From Paraphysomonas bandaiensis (Eukaryota; Protista; Chrysophyceae), in the NCBI GenBank assembly GCA_965644295.1, contig CBFFRP010000217.1, positions 62,001 to 126,000 of the forward strand: a stretch of DNA of 64,000 nt. The letters are read 5' to 3'. Under the pieces are notes generated by a model, which saw only the letters and a list, made by a program, of their open reading frames with translations, did no database searches and was not told the DNA's origin. Numbering within the stretch: position 1 is the stretch's first letter; every line of letters begins with the position of its first letter. This document shows, in pieces, positions 13,501 through 21,740 of this stretch. The position numbers and the translations under genes are program-made.

Positions 13501-15899
13501 GGATAGCCGCTGGGGGTTACAGAAGGCAGTCCACTAGGACAACTCGATGGAATATTGGTAGGTACACTACTCGGCTCCGATGTCGGCTGACCACTCGGTA
13601 TTAATGACGGGATACTACTAGGATAGCCGCTGGGGGTTACAGAAGGCAGTCCACTAGGACAACTCGATGGAATATTGGTAGGTACACTACTCGGCTCCGA
13701 TGTCGGCTGACCACTGGGAGAGCTTGTTGGTAAGCTTGTGTTGCCTAGAATACTTGGAGCCGAACTGGGTTTCGATGTCGGCTGACCACTCGGTATTAAT
13801 GACGGGATACTACTAGGATAGCCGCTGGGGGTTACAGAAGGCAGTCCACTAGGACAACTCGATGGAATATTGGTAGGTACACTACTCGGCTCCGATGTCG
13901 GCTGACCACTCGGTATTAATGACGGGATACTACTAGGATAGCCGCTGGGGGTTACAGAAGGCAGTCCACTAGGACAACTCGATGGAATATTGGTAGGTAC
14001 ACTACTCGGCTCCGATGTCGGCTGACCACTGGGAGAGCTTGTTGGTAAGCTTGTGTTGCCTAGAATACTTGGAGCCGAACTGGGTTTCGATGTCGGCTGA
14101 CCACTCGGTATAAATGACGGGATACTACTAGGATAGCCGCTGGGGGTTACAGAAGGCAGCCCACTAGGACAACTCGATGGAATATTGGTAGGTACACTAC
14201 TCGGCTCCGATGTCGGCTGACCACTCGGTATTAATGACGGGATACTACTAGGATAGCCGCTGGGGGTTACAGAAGGCAGTCCACTAGGACAACTCGATGG
14301 AATATTGGTAGGTACACTACTCGGCTCCGATGTCGGCTGACCACTGGGAGAGCTTGTTGGTAAGCTTGTGTTGCCTAGAATACTTGGAGCCGAACTGGGT
14401 TTCGATGTCGGCTGACCACTCGGTATTAATGACGGGATACTACTAGGATAGCCGCTGGGGGTTACAGAAGGCAGTCCACTAGGACAACTCGATGGAATAT
14501 TGGTAGGTACACTACTCGGCTCCGATGTCGGCTGACCACTCGGTATTAATGACGGGATACTACTAGGATAGCCGCTGGGGGTTACAGAAGGCAGTCCACT
14601 AGGACAACTCGATGGAATATTGGTAGGTACACTACTCGGCTCCGATGTCGGCTGACCACTGGGAGAGCTTGTTGGTAAGCTTGTGTTGCCTAGAATACTT
14701 GGAGCCGAACTGGGTTTCGATGTCGGCTGACCACTCGGTATAAATGACGGGATACTACTAGGATAGCCGCTGGGGGTTACAGAAGGCAGTCCACTAGGAC
14801 AACTCGATGGAATATTGGTAGGTACACTACTCGGCTCCGATGTCGGCTGACCACTCGGTATAAATGACGGGATACTACTAGGATAGCCGCTGGGGGTTAC
14901 AGAAGGCAGTCCACTAGGACAACTCGATGGAATATTGGTAGGTACACTACTCGGCTCCGATGTCGGCTGACCGCTCGGTATTAATGACGGGATACTACTA
15001 GGATAGCCGCTGGGGGTTACAGAAGGCAGTCCACTAGGACAACTCGATGGAATATTGGTAGGTACACTACTCGGCTCCGATGTCGGCTGACCACTGGGAG
15101 AGCTTGTTGGTAAGCTTGTGTTGACTAGAATACTTGGAGCCGGACTGGGTTTCGATGTCGGCTGACCACTAGGTATAAATGACGGGATACTACTAGGATA
15201 GCCGCTGGGGGTTACAGAAGGCAGTCCACTAGGACAACTCGATGGAATATTGGTAGGTACACTACTCGGCTCCGATGTCGGCTGACCACTGGGAGAGCTT
15301 GTTGGTAAGCTTGTGTTGACTAGAATACTTGGAGCCGGACTGGGTTTCGATGTCGGCTGACCACTCGGTATAAATGACGGGATACTACTAGGATAGCCGC
15401 TGGGGGTTACAGAAGGCAGTCCACTAGGACAACTCGATGGAATATTGGTAGGTACACTACTCGGCTCCGATGTCGGCTGACCACTCGGTATAAATGACGG
15501 GATACTACTAGGATAGCCGCTGGGGGTTACAGAAGGCAGTCCACTAGGACAACTCGATGGAATATTGGTAGGTACACTACTCGGCTCCGATGTCGGCTGA
15601 CCACTGGGAGAGCTTGTTGGTAAGCTTGTGTTGCCTAGAATACTTGGAGCCGAACTGGGTTTCGATGTCGGCTGACCACTCGGTATTAATGACGGGATAC
15701 TACTAGGATAGCCGCTGGGGGTTACAGAAGGCAGTCCACTAGGACAACTCGATGGAATATTGGTAGGTACACTACTCGGCTCCGATGTCGGCTGACCAAT
15801 CGGGGTTTCGGTTATTTCATTTGTTATTTTTTTCAGTTCTCTAGATTGTGTTATTGTAATGATGATTAACAGACACGAAATATAAGCAACTTGTGTCAT
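7512..15899 (-). CDS. Giant Pro/Ser/Thr-rich type-I membrane mucin-like protein (signal peptide, about 2160-aa repeat stalk, SEA-like domain, one TM helix, long cytoplasmic tail)
   Basis: Uninterrupted 2795-aa ORF. Hydrophobic N-terminus (YISCLLIIITIT), P-[ST]-x-x repeats, a globular segment with an RRILQ motif, TM segment MLGYIGVGMVVVCMIPVICWVCC followed by basic KPK. Confidence 0.85.
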   Translation of the reverse strand: MTQVAYISCLLIIITITQSRELKKITNEITETPIGQPTSEPSSVPTNIPSSCPSGLPSVTPSGYPSSIPSLIPSGQPTSKPSSAPSILGNTSLPTSSPSGQPTSEPSSVPTNIPSSCPSGLPSVTPSGYPSSIPSFIPSGQPTSEPSSVPTNIPSSCPSGLPSVTPSGYPSSIPSFIPSGQPTSKPSPAPSILVNTSLPTSSPSGQPTSEPSSVPTNIPSSCPSGLPSVTPSGYPSSIPSFIPSGQPTSKPSPAPSILVNTSLPTSSPSGQPTSEPSSVPTNIPSSCPSGLPSVTPSGYPSSIPSLIPSGQPTSEPSSVPTNIPSSCPSGLPSVTPSGYPSSIPSFIPSGQPTSEPSSVPTNIPSSCPSGLPSVTPSGYPSSIPSFIPSGQPTSKPSSAPSILGNTSLPTSSPSGQPTSEPSSVPTNIPSSCPSGLPSVTPSGYPSSIPSLIPSGQPTSEPSSVPTNIPSSCPSGLPSVTPSGYPSSIPSLIPSGQPTSKPSSAPSILGNTSLPTSSPSGQPTSEPSSVPTNIPSSCPSGLPSVTPSGYPSSIPSLIPSGQPTSEPSSVPTNIPSSCPSGLPSVTPSGYPSSIPSFIPSGQPTSKPSSAPSILGNTSLPTSSPSGQPTSEPSSVPTNIPSSCPSGLPSVTPSGYPSSIPSLIPSGQPTSEPSSVPTNIPSSCPSGLPSVTPSGYPSSIPSLIPSGQPTSKPSSAPSILGNTSLPTSSPSGQPTSEPSSVPTNIPSSCPSGLPSVTPSGYPSSIPSLIPSGQPTSEPSSVPTNIPSSCPSGLPSVTPSGYPSSIPSFIPSGQPTSKPSSAPSILGNTSLPTSSPSGQPTSEPSSVPTNIPSSCPSGLPSVTPSGYPSSIPSFIPSGQPTSKPSPAPSILVNTSLPTSSPSGQPTSEPSSVPTNIPSSCPSGLPSVTPSCYPSSTPSFIPSGQPTSEPSSVPTNIPSSCTSGLPSVTPSCYPSSIPSLIPSGQPTSKPSPAPSILGNTSLPTSSPSGQPTSEPSSVPTNIPSSCPSGLPSVTPSGYPSSIPSFIPSGQPTSKPSPAPSILGNTSLPTSSPSGQPTSEPSSVPTNIPSSCPSGLPSVTPSGYPSSIPSFIPSGQPTSKPSPAPSILGNTSLPTSSPSGQPTSEPSSVPTNIPSSCPSGLPSVTPSGYPSSIPSFIPSGQPTSKPSSAPSILGNTSLPTSSPSGQPTSEPSSVPTNIPSSCPSGLPSVTPSGYPSSIPSFIQSGQPTSEPSSVPTNIPSSCPSGLPSVTPSGYPSSIPSFIPSGQPTSKPSPAPSILGNTSLPTSSPSGQPTSEPSSVPTNIPSSCPSGLPSVTPSGYPSSIPSFIPSGQPTSKPSPAPSILVNTSLPTSSPSGQPTSEPSSVPTNIPSSCPSGLPSVTPSGYPSSIPSFIPSGQPTSKPSPAPSILVNTSLLTSSPSGQPTSEPSSVPTNIPSSCPSGLPSVTPSGYPSSIPSFIPSGQPTSKPSPAPSILVNTSLLTSSPSGQPTSEPSSVPTNIPSSCPSGLPSVTPSGYPSSIPSFIPSGQPTSKPSPAPSILVNTSLLTSSPSGQPTSEPSSVPTNIPSSCPSGLPSVTPSGYPSSIPSLIPSGQPTSKPSPAPSILVNTSLLTSSPSGQPTSEPSSVPTNIPSSCPSGLPSVTPSGYPSSIPSLIPSGQPTSKPSPAPSILVNTSLLTSSPSGQPTSEPSSVPTNIPSSCPSGLPSVTPSGYPSSIPSFIPSGQPTSKPSPAPSILVNTSLLTSSPSGQPTSEPSSVPTNIPSSCPSGLPSVTPSGYPSSIPSFIPSGQPTSKPSPAPSILVNTSLLTSSPSGQPTSEPSSVPTNIPSSCPSGLPSVTPSGYPSSIPSFIPSGQPTSKPSPAPSILVNTSLLTSSPSGQPTSEPSSVPTNIPSSCPSGLPSVTPSGYPSSIPSLIPSGQPTSEPSSVPTNIPSSCPSGLPSVTPSGYPSSIPSFIPSGQPTSKPSPASSILVNTSLPTSSPSGQPTSDPSSVPTNIPSSCPSGLPSVTHSGYPSSIPSFIPSGQPTSKPSPAPSILVNTSLPTSSPSGQPTSEPSSVPTNIPSSCPSGLPSVTPSGYPSSIPSFIPSGQPTSEPSSVPTNIPSSCPSGLPSVTPSGNPSSIPSFIPSGQPTSKPSPAPSILVNTSLPTSSPSGQPTSEPSNVPTNIPSSCPSGLPSVTPSCYPGIIPTVSYVPSYSPTDVFFGSTVVTLTGVATIVGVQVYYYDIPSINAFESILSDSVNGLSNDDVSVLSVVETPTISDTQGVAQSLISNVFLRRILQTSDSIDVEFSVVAVMEHFDFKNPYSFAEYVESEIEFALAGSDFVAVFLERAVENGAEYFTSSTVITFNKLLFSEDIEVVIVATSAPSPSPKVLTTTGFYGIQYSMLGYIGVGMVVVCMIPVICWVCCKPKVRGVSNEEVVVSTDKYDISDRDEYHKPNGEDMCRDIDLESSLNDLFEEQSCSELSSIQKLTNERSTISQLPGSLKNIPQTFADVKKIPTTTFERTKSPELQHRMAQYSAAVMKIQRQASQSPTKSMVKRSQTAPLCHRPYVDNKANSLERMSTFEKSKIKYVPAVVESVPQSEAERSVKLNSCSGHQLHGGCDDNTHKKGFVDINEIRSTILTKNVVKSTEVDTPSRRKEEIKERVKEYTTHLRHPPILISLPVSPYSPPESNFPSPQFHKRSPSRPDVRIVVSPSKHRHWNKNASFSAPKRYPSMHSAPHTPHSSNQSRQIQQSHTIHPSGSTEDSNLRDLMSMTSSRPLSRMRSPQLSKRGKRPLPYNAHDI
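9311..15800 (-). repeat. Coding tandem array of 120-bp (A, 40 aa) and 75-bp (B, 25 aa) modules
   Basis: About 37 full A modules plus one partial and about 26 B modules, arranged as AB (195 bp), AAB (315 bp) and one AAAB higher-order unit, with very few substitutions. Confidence 0.95.
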
Positions 15900-16236
15900 T
15901 GCTTGATTTTGTACTATACTATCATGTTACAGAGTACCTGCAGCGTGAGGAAACTAGTAAAGCCCTATCGCAAAGAGTAACAATGTAGGTATTCCACAAT
16001 AATATGATTGAGAGTAATTTAAACTGCAGATATTCTGATATATCCCTATCGATGCAGCTCACAATTGCTTGTTGAAGCCACTATACAAAGCATTCAGACC
16101 CATACAACTGAAAGAACAACATTACAGCCACACCAGTATTAATGCATGGTTAGTTTGTGCCTCAGGGATGTGTGATTCTTTTAATCTAAGAAGAGCAAGG
16201 CACCGAACATGATTGCAAAGTTAACTGCCGTATGAT

Positions 16237-16994
16237 TATGTATGTATGTACAGTATGTATGTATGTATGTATGTATGTATGTATGTATGTATGTATGTAT
16301 GTATGTATGTATGTATGTATGTATGTATGTATGTATGTATGTATGTATGTATGTATGTATGTATGTATGTATGTATGTATGTATGTATGTATGTATGTAT
16401 GTATGTATGTATGTATGTATGTATGTATGTATGTATGTATGTATGTATGTATGTATGTATGTATGTATGTATGTATGTATGTATGTATGTATGTATGTAT
16501 GTATGTATGTATGTATGTATGTATGTATGTATGTATGTATGTATGTATGTATGTATGTATGTATGTATGTATGTATGTATGTATGTATGTATGTATGTAT
16601 GTATGTATGTATGTATGTATGTATGTATGTATGTATGTATGTATGTATGTATGTATGTATGTATGTATGTATGTATGTATGTATGTATGTATGTATGTAT
16701 GTATGTATGTATGTATGTATGTATGTATGTATGTATGTATGTATGTATGTATGTATGTATGTATGTATGTATGTATGTATGTATGTATGTATGTATGTAT
16801 GTATGTATGTATGTATGTATGTATGTATGTATGTATGTATGTATGTATGTATGTATGTATGTATGTATGTATGTATGTATGTATGTATGTATGTATGTAT
16901 GTATGTATGTATGTATGTATGTATGTATGTATGTATGTATGTATGTATGTATGTATGTATGTATGTATGTATGTATGTATGTATGTATGTATGT
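16237..16994. repeat. (TATG)n microsatellite, about 185 perfect units from 16254 to 16993
   Basis: Read directly from the sequence. The MYVC-repeat ORFs in the track are artefacts of this tract. Confidence 0.98.
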
Positions 16995-17056
16995 TACTCT
17001 ATAGGAATTCCTACTGGGTATAGGTGAGAGCTATATCAGTAACTTATAACCCATTT

Positions 17057-19101
17057 ATGGATAAGTCTCAAGCATCCACTCCGGAACGACGAGCAGTGCT
17101 ACTTAGAGTCGCCCGTAAGTCTCGACTGCAATGGATCGAGGAGTCTGCGGAGGGAATGCACAAGCCCCGATCAGACCCGGAGCAACAGGGAGAACTATTC
17201 AGGAAGATTCCAGCAGCGGAGTGTCTGCAGCGCGTGTTGGACTTTTTCGCTAATGTAGTTGACGATGGGAATGTTGTCAATATTGAGGCCCTTTCCCCTC
17301 CTGACTGTATCGATGAAGATCTCGATGATAGTGTGCCCATCCCGAAATACGGTCCTGACTCAGACCCATACAGTGTGTTCATTGAGAAGCTGATGCACCC
17401 AGCTGCTATTGATATTGTTAAGTCATTACAACAATTTGTAACGAAATTAGCAATCAGTCATCATAGCCAACAGAGTCAAACAGTTCCTTTGAAGCAGCGT
17501 TTGGCAGGCACAGCTAGTCGAAGTGATAAGCTTGCGACAGAAATATGGGCATATTTAAAGCAACTTCACAGTAGCATGCGGGATAACGTACTTTGGACCT
17601 CTGAAAGCCTTCCACAGTGGGAACGGACAATGGAATCTTCCGAAAAGTTCCTGTTTATGAAGTTACATGAGTTTCTTTTCTCAGTGGATACGGATGAGGG
17701 GAGAAAAGACGAGGCTCTCAGTGACAGAATTTCCTCTTTAGCTTTTCTGTCTCCTGAGCATCTTGATGTGCACAGCTTACAGAGTGCATGGGGTGACCGT
17801 GCCATTACTAAGGGATCAGGAGAAAATGGAATTGATAAGGCTGTTAACAGGCTGAAGGAGCTAAGAGATGCCCGATGTCCAGCAGATAAGGTCATTAATA
17901 TCGCACACAATACTTGCTCGTGATATACCCTGCTGATTTATTTAAATCTAGATGCGGTGCCTGCGTGACGTCTCGCAGCTTGTTATTAAGGTACTCCGAT
18001 TATTGTCTGCATATGCTTATCCACAATTTATAGTATGTATTGACCCCTAAACTCTAGGTTCTGACAGAGGGTCGTGGTAAGAGTTCTTCACTTCCTGGAG
18101 CTGACGAGTTTCTGCCAGCCCTGATTCTTGTGTTAAAAGAAGCTAACCCACCCCACCTTCATTCAACGACGACGTACCTGCAGAGGTATGTCGATATATC
18201 AGCACAGTGAACGAAAACCCCTCATGCGTACCCTTTCACATAGTTTTATTCCACCACAAAAACTGGTTTCCGAAGCGGGATACATTTTAACACACTTTGT
18301 GTCAGCGGTATGGTCAAAACTGCTGAAATGACACTTTGAAATGCTGTTGTCATATCATTGTAATTACGTTCCACCAGATTCACTTTCTAGAGACTGTCGA
18401 CGCCTCTGCACTGACGATATCGCCGTTAGAGTTTGAGATGTCGATTTCCCGTTGCAGGTGGAGTTGCACAGGGGGCGTAGTTTTGGTTGAATGTACTGAT
18501 GATGCGTTGTAGGGAGGTGGGTTCTCAGGTTGTGGAGAGTGCACAGCAGAAAACTGCAAATTTTGGCGGTATTGCTATGCTATTTGTACTGTATTTATGT
18601 CCAATGAAACTCATTTATGTATTTGTAGGCACACAGGGTGCTAGAGAACGCGCTGATAAAGGTCATCCCAGCTACGACTCTTGTGAAAGAAGCGGAAAAG
18701 GTCTGTTGGATATGTACAAGGCCATATCTGAATTGCGAAGAGTAAACAGACCAAAATTGGCACTTGGTACCTTTGTAGATTCTACTGACATCAGGGGAAC
18801 TGGAGCCAGGAGCTCACGTAAGGCATCGCAGGACCGAGAGCGACTGATAAGAGCTGTTAAAGAATACTCCGCCAATGAATTACACAGAGAAGTGTTGGAA
18901 TCTGTTCTAGGTAGATCTGGAAACTGTGAGGGACTGTTGCATTACTACAACTCTTCACCAGATACGTTGACCCTATCAGACGTTCCTAGGTATAGTGATA
19001 TAGTGTATACAGTTGTTTTATAACTCGAATTCTATTGCGTAAACAGATTGTGTGCGGAGTATCGAATATTGGCACAGGCGTGCGCAGCTTTGCTACATTA
19101 A
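17057..19101 (+). CDS. VPS9-domain Rab5 guanine-nucleotide exchange factor (multi-exon)
   Basis: Spliced translation gives ARCPADK|MRCL...|...PGADEFLPALILVLKEANPPHLHS...LVSEAGYILTHFVSA, the hallmark VPS9 GADD/E-FLP and EAGY motifs. The C-terminal LTLSDVPR|LCAEYR motif is typical of plant/protist VPS9. ATG at 17057, TAA at 19099-19101. Confidence 0.88.
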
Positions 19102-19197
19102 ATCAGAGTAGATAGTTTTCGTGTTTGTTAGTAGATTGTATTTATTATTTATTAGAGCCCTTGCGATAAATTACAGCTCTCTTTGACAAATTAAATG

Positions 19198-19542
19198 TGT
19201 TGAGTTCTGCAATATGATGTGATATATATTGTGCAATTGAAGTGAGTTAACAGTGTGCAATAGGTAATGTCAACTCATAGGTGTAACGGTGATTATAGTT
19301 ACAAAGGAATTAAATTCAGTTACTGATGTGTGACTATACAAGATATAGAACTGACTGATGAACATATGATAAACAGATGTTGCTATAAGAACAGATGTTT
19401 CAACATATGTTACACGAATATGTAGTGAAGTGTCCAGAATAATAATCATAATTTCTTACTTGAAAGTGCATTGTGTTCAACTGCAAGGTTACGGTTTACG
19501 TGTAGAGCAAAGTTAACTTCAGTGAAATGTCCTATGTTAACA
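19198..19542 (+). repeat. 5' LTR (345 bp)
   Basis: TGTTGAG...TTAACA. Differs from the 3' LTR by one G indel and one T/A substitution by eye. Confidence 0.95.
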
Positions 19543-19552
19543 TGGTAGCGAG
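19543..19552 (+). promoter_or_regulatory. Primer-binding site TGGTAGCGAG, initiator tRNA-Met type
   Basis: Immediately follows the 5' LTR. Complementary to a tRNA 3' end ...CUCGCUACCA with U72/A73 as in eukaryotic tRNAiMet; the yeast Ty1 PBS also begins TGGTAGCG. Confidence 0.75.
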
Positions 19553-20380
19553 TGGTAGCACTGAAGAGACGAAGGAGGACAGCAAGGTGCTGAAGTTCGA
19601 CAAGTACCAGGCGGAGGCGTCTGCTCAGAAAATAAAGATTCATCTAATGAAGAAAAATCGGAACCATCTGGGGTTAGAACCGAAACCTGCTGGAGGAGGC
19701 AGAGCACGAGAATTATGGCATGAGCGAAATGACACGTGTGTTGCAACGATTTGGGAGGCTTGTGAACATGACGCTGATGTATTAGAGGTTGCCAATCAAT
19801 ACATGGAGGCGAAGGCGTTACTTCCAGATGATGATCCCAATAAGGAAGTTTTGTCCAATGAAATTCTTCAGACGCTGGTGGATAGGTTTAGGGGGGAGTT
19901 GGGAAATGTACTCGAGAAGACTACAGCGGAATACCATAGCTTTAAAATTAGAGCCAATGAAAAGGTCGCTATTGGTATTGATAGGTTGAATGGGACAATA
20001 CAGAAATTGACTAAGTTGGGACAACCGCCAACCGAGGAGAGCAAGCTCGCCAAGATCAAAAAGTCCATACATACTCCAGAGCTGAAGGAGTTGTGGTTAG
20101 CTATAGCAATGCTGCCTAAAGCAACGACCACGTATCAGATAGTTAAAAAGTCGAGGTAATACCAAAACCTGGGTTTTGATGTAAAACCTGGTGAAATTTT
20201 TGGTGATGGTCGGAAAAGGGTATAACTATGCACAATAAGTAACTATGAAGTTAATAACAGTGTGAAGAGTATTATTTATAATATTTTTTACTAATTTCTT
20301 CCATATTACTTCAGTTTTACAGCAATAAAAGTCACCGACTACACATATATATTACATACAGTTCACAAGTATGAACTATA

Positions 20381-20681
20381 ACCATCTCACTATACACCCA
20401 TACCATATTACTATGCATCACTATACCATCCCACTATATTATACCACTATACCATCTACTGTATGCCACTATACCACCTAACTATACATCACTACACTAT
20501 CTCACTATACACCCATATACCATCTCACTATACACCCATATACCATCTCACTATACACCCATACCATATTACTATGCATCACTATACCATCCCACTATAT
20601 TATACCACTATACCATCTACTGTATACCACTATACCACCTAACTATACATCACTACACTATCTCACTATACACCCATATAC
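20381..20681. repeat. CACTATAC/ACCAT-rich low-complexity tandem duplication (period about 161 bp) inside the TIR element
   Basis: The block accatctcactatacacccataccatatt... starts at 20381 and again at 20542. Confidence 0.8.
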
Positions 20682-21122
20682 CCTATATATATCTCGTGTA
20701 GAGAGGTCCAACAAGTACAAGCAGACGAAACATTATAACATCGTTTGATTGTGCACGTTAGAACACTTCCTATTCCCCCTGCTTTGAGCCCACCTGAACA
20801 TTGAACCCATCATACTACACCGCAACCACACTGCACGAGCAGTGCTTACAACACGCACATCATGACAATAATATATATATATGCATAACTTAACACACCA
20901 TACACATGCATACATATAGAGTGATGCATGTATCTTCTGAGTTAGTATCTTCTGATGTTAATATGGTGACATTGTTGATGACAGTGAGGAGTGCTCAGGA
21001 GGTGTGGTTTATCGGATGAGGTGTTCATTGTTGTGTGGATCACACCTCCTGAGCACACAGACAGACAGACAGACACGTACACATACATCAGATTGCTGCA
21101 GAGCTGATACCACTCTCAGACA

Positions 21123-21740
21123 TGGCGACATATCCAACGACGACCCGGAGGCGGAGGAAGAGATACCACGAAAGTGCACGAGCAGGGTAAGCAATACTGC
21201 TCATAAAGATGGTGACGGGGTCGTATGTCGTATATATGCGGTATTGTTCTGATTATTGTTGTGCGTTGTTACTATACACTGCACTAACTGTGTACATATT
21301 ATGGTGTAGGAGAAGTGCAACGGGAAGAAGAATGTTGTCAACATTCGTGGCGACATATCCAACGACGACCCGGAGGCGGAGGAAGAGATACCACGAAAGT
21401 GCACGAGCAGGGTAAGTAATACTGTTCATAAAGATGGTGACGGGGTCGTATGTCGTATATATGCGGTATTGTTCTGATTATTGTTGTGCGTTGTTACTAT
21501 ACACTGCACTAACTGTGTACATATTATGGTGTAGGAGAAGTGCAACGGGAAGAAGAATGTTGTCAACATTCGTGGCGACATATCCAACGACGACCCGGAG
21601 GCGGAGGAAGAGATACCACGAAAGCGCACGAGCAGGGTAAGTAATACTGTTCATAAAGATGGTGACGGGGTCGTATGTCGTATATATGCGGTATTGTTCT
21701 GATTATTGTTGTGCGTTGTTACTATACACTGTACTAACTG
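21123..21740 (+). repeat. 225-bp tandem repeat (about 2.75 copies) inside the TIR element
   Basis: tggcgacatatccaacgac starts at 21123, 21348 and 21573; copies are nearly identical. Confidence 0.93.

Noticed and set aside
9311-15800. Regular repeat array as a possible CRISPR
   Set aside because: No unique spacers; the units are in-frame coding repeats of a eukaryotic gene and there are no cas genes.
16232-17027. Three about 260-aa MYVC-repeat ORFs
   Set aside because: Stop-free translations of the (TATG)n microsatellite in all three frames.
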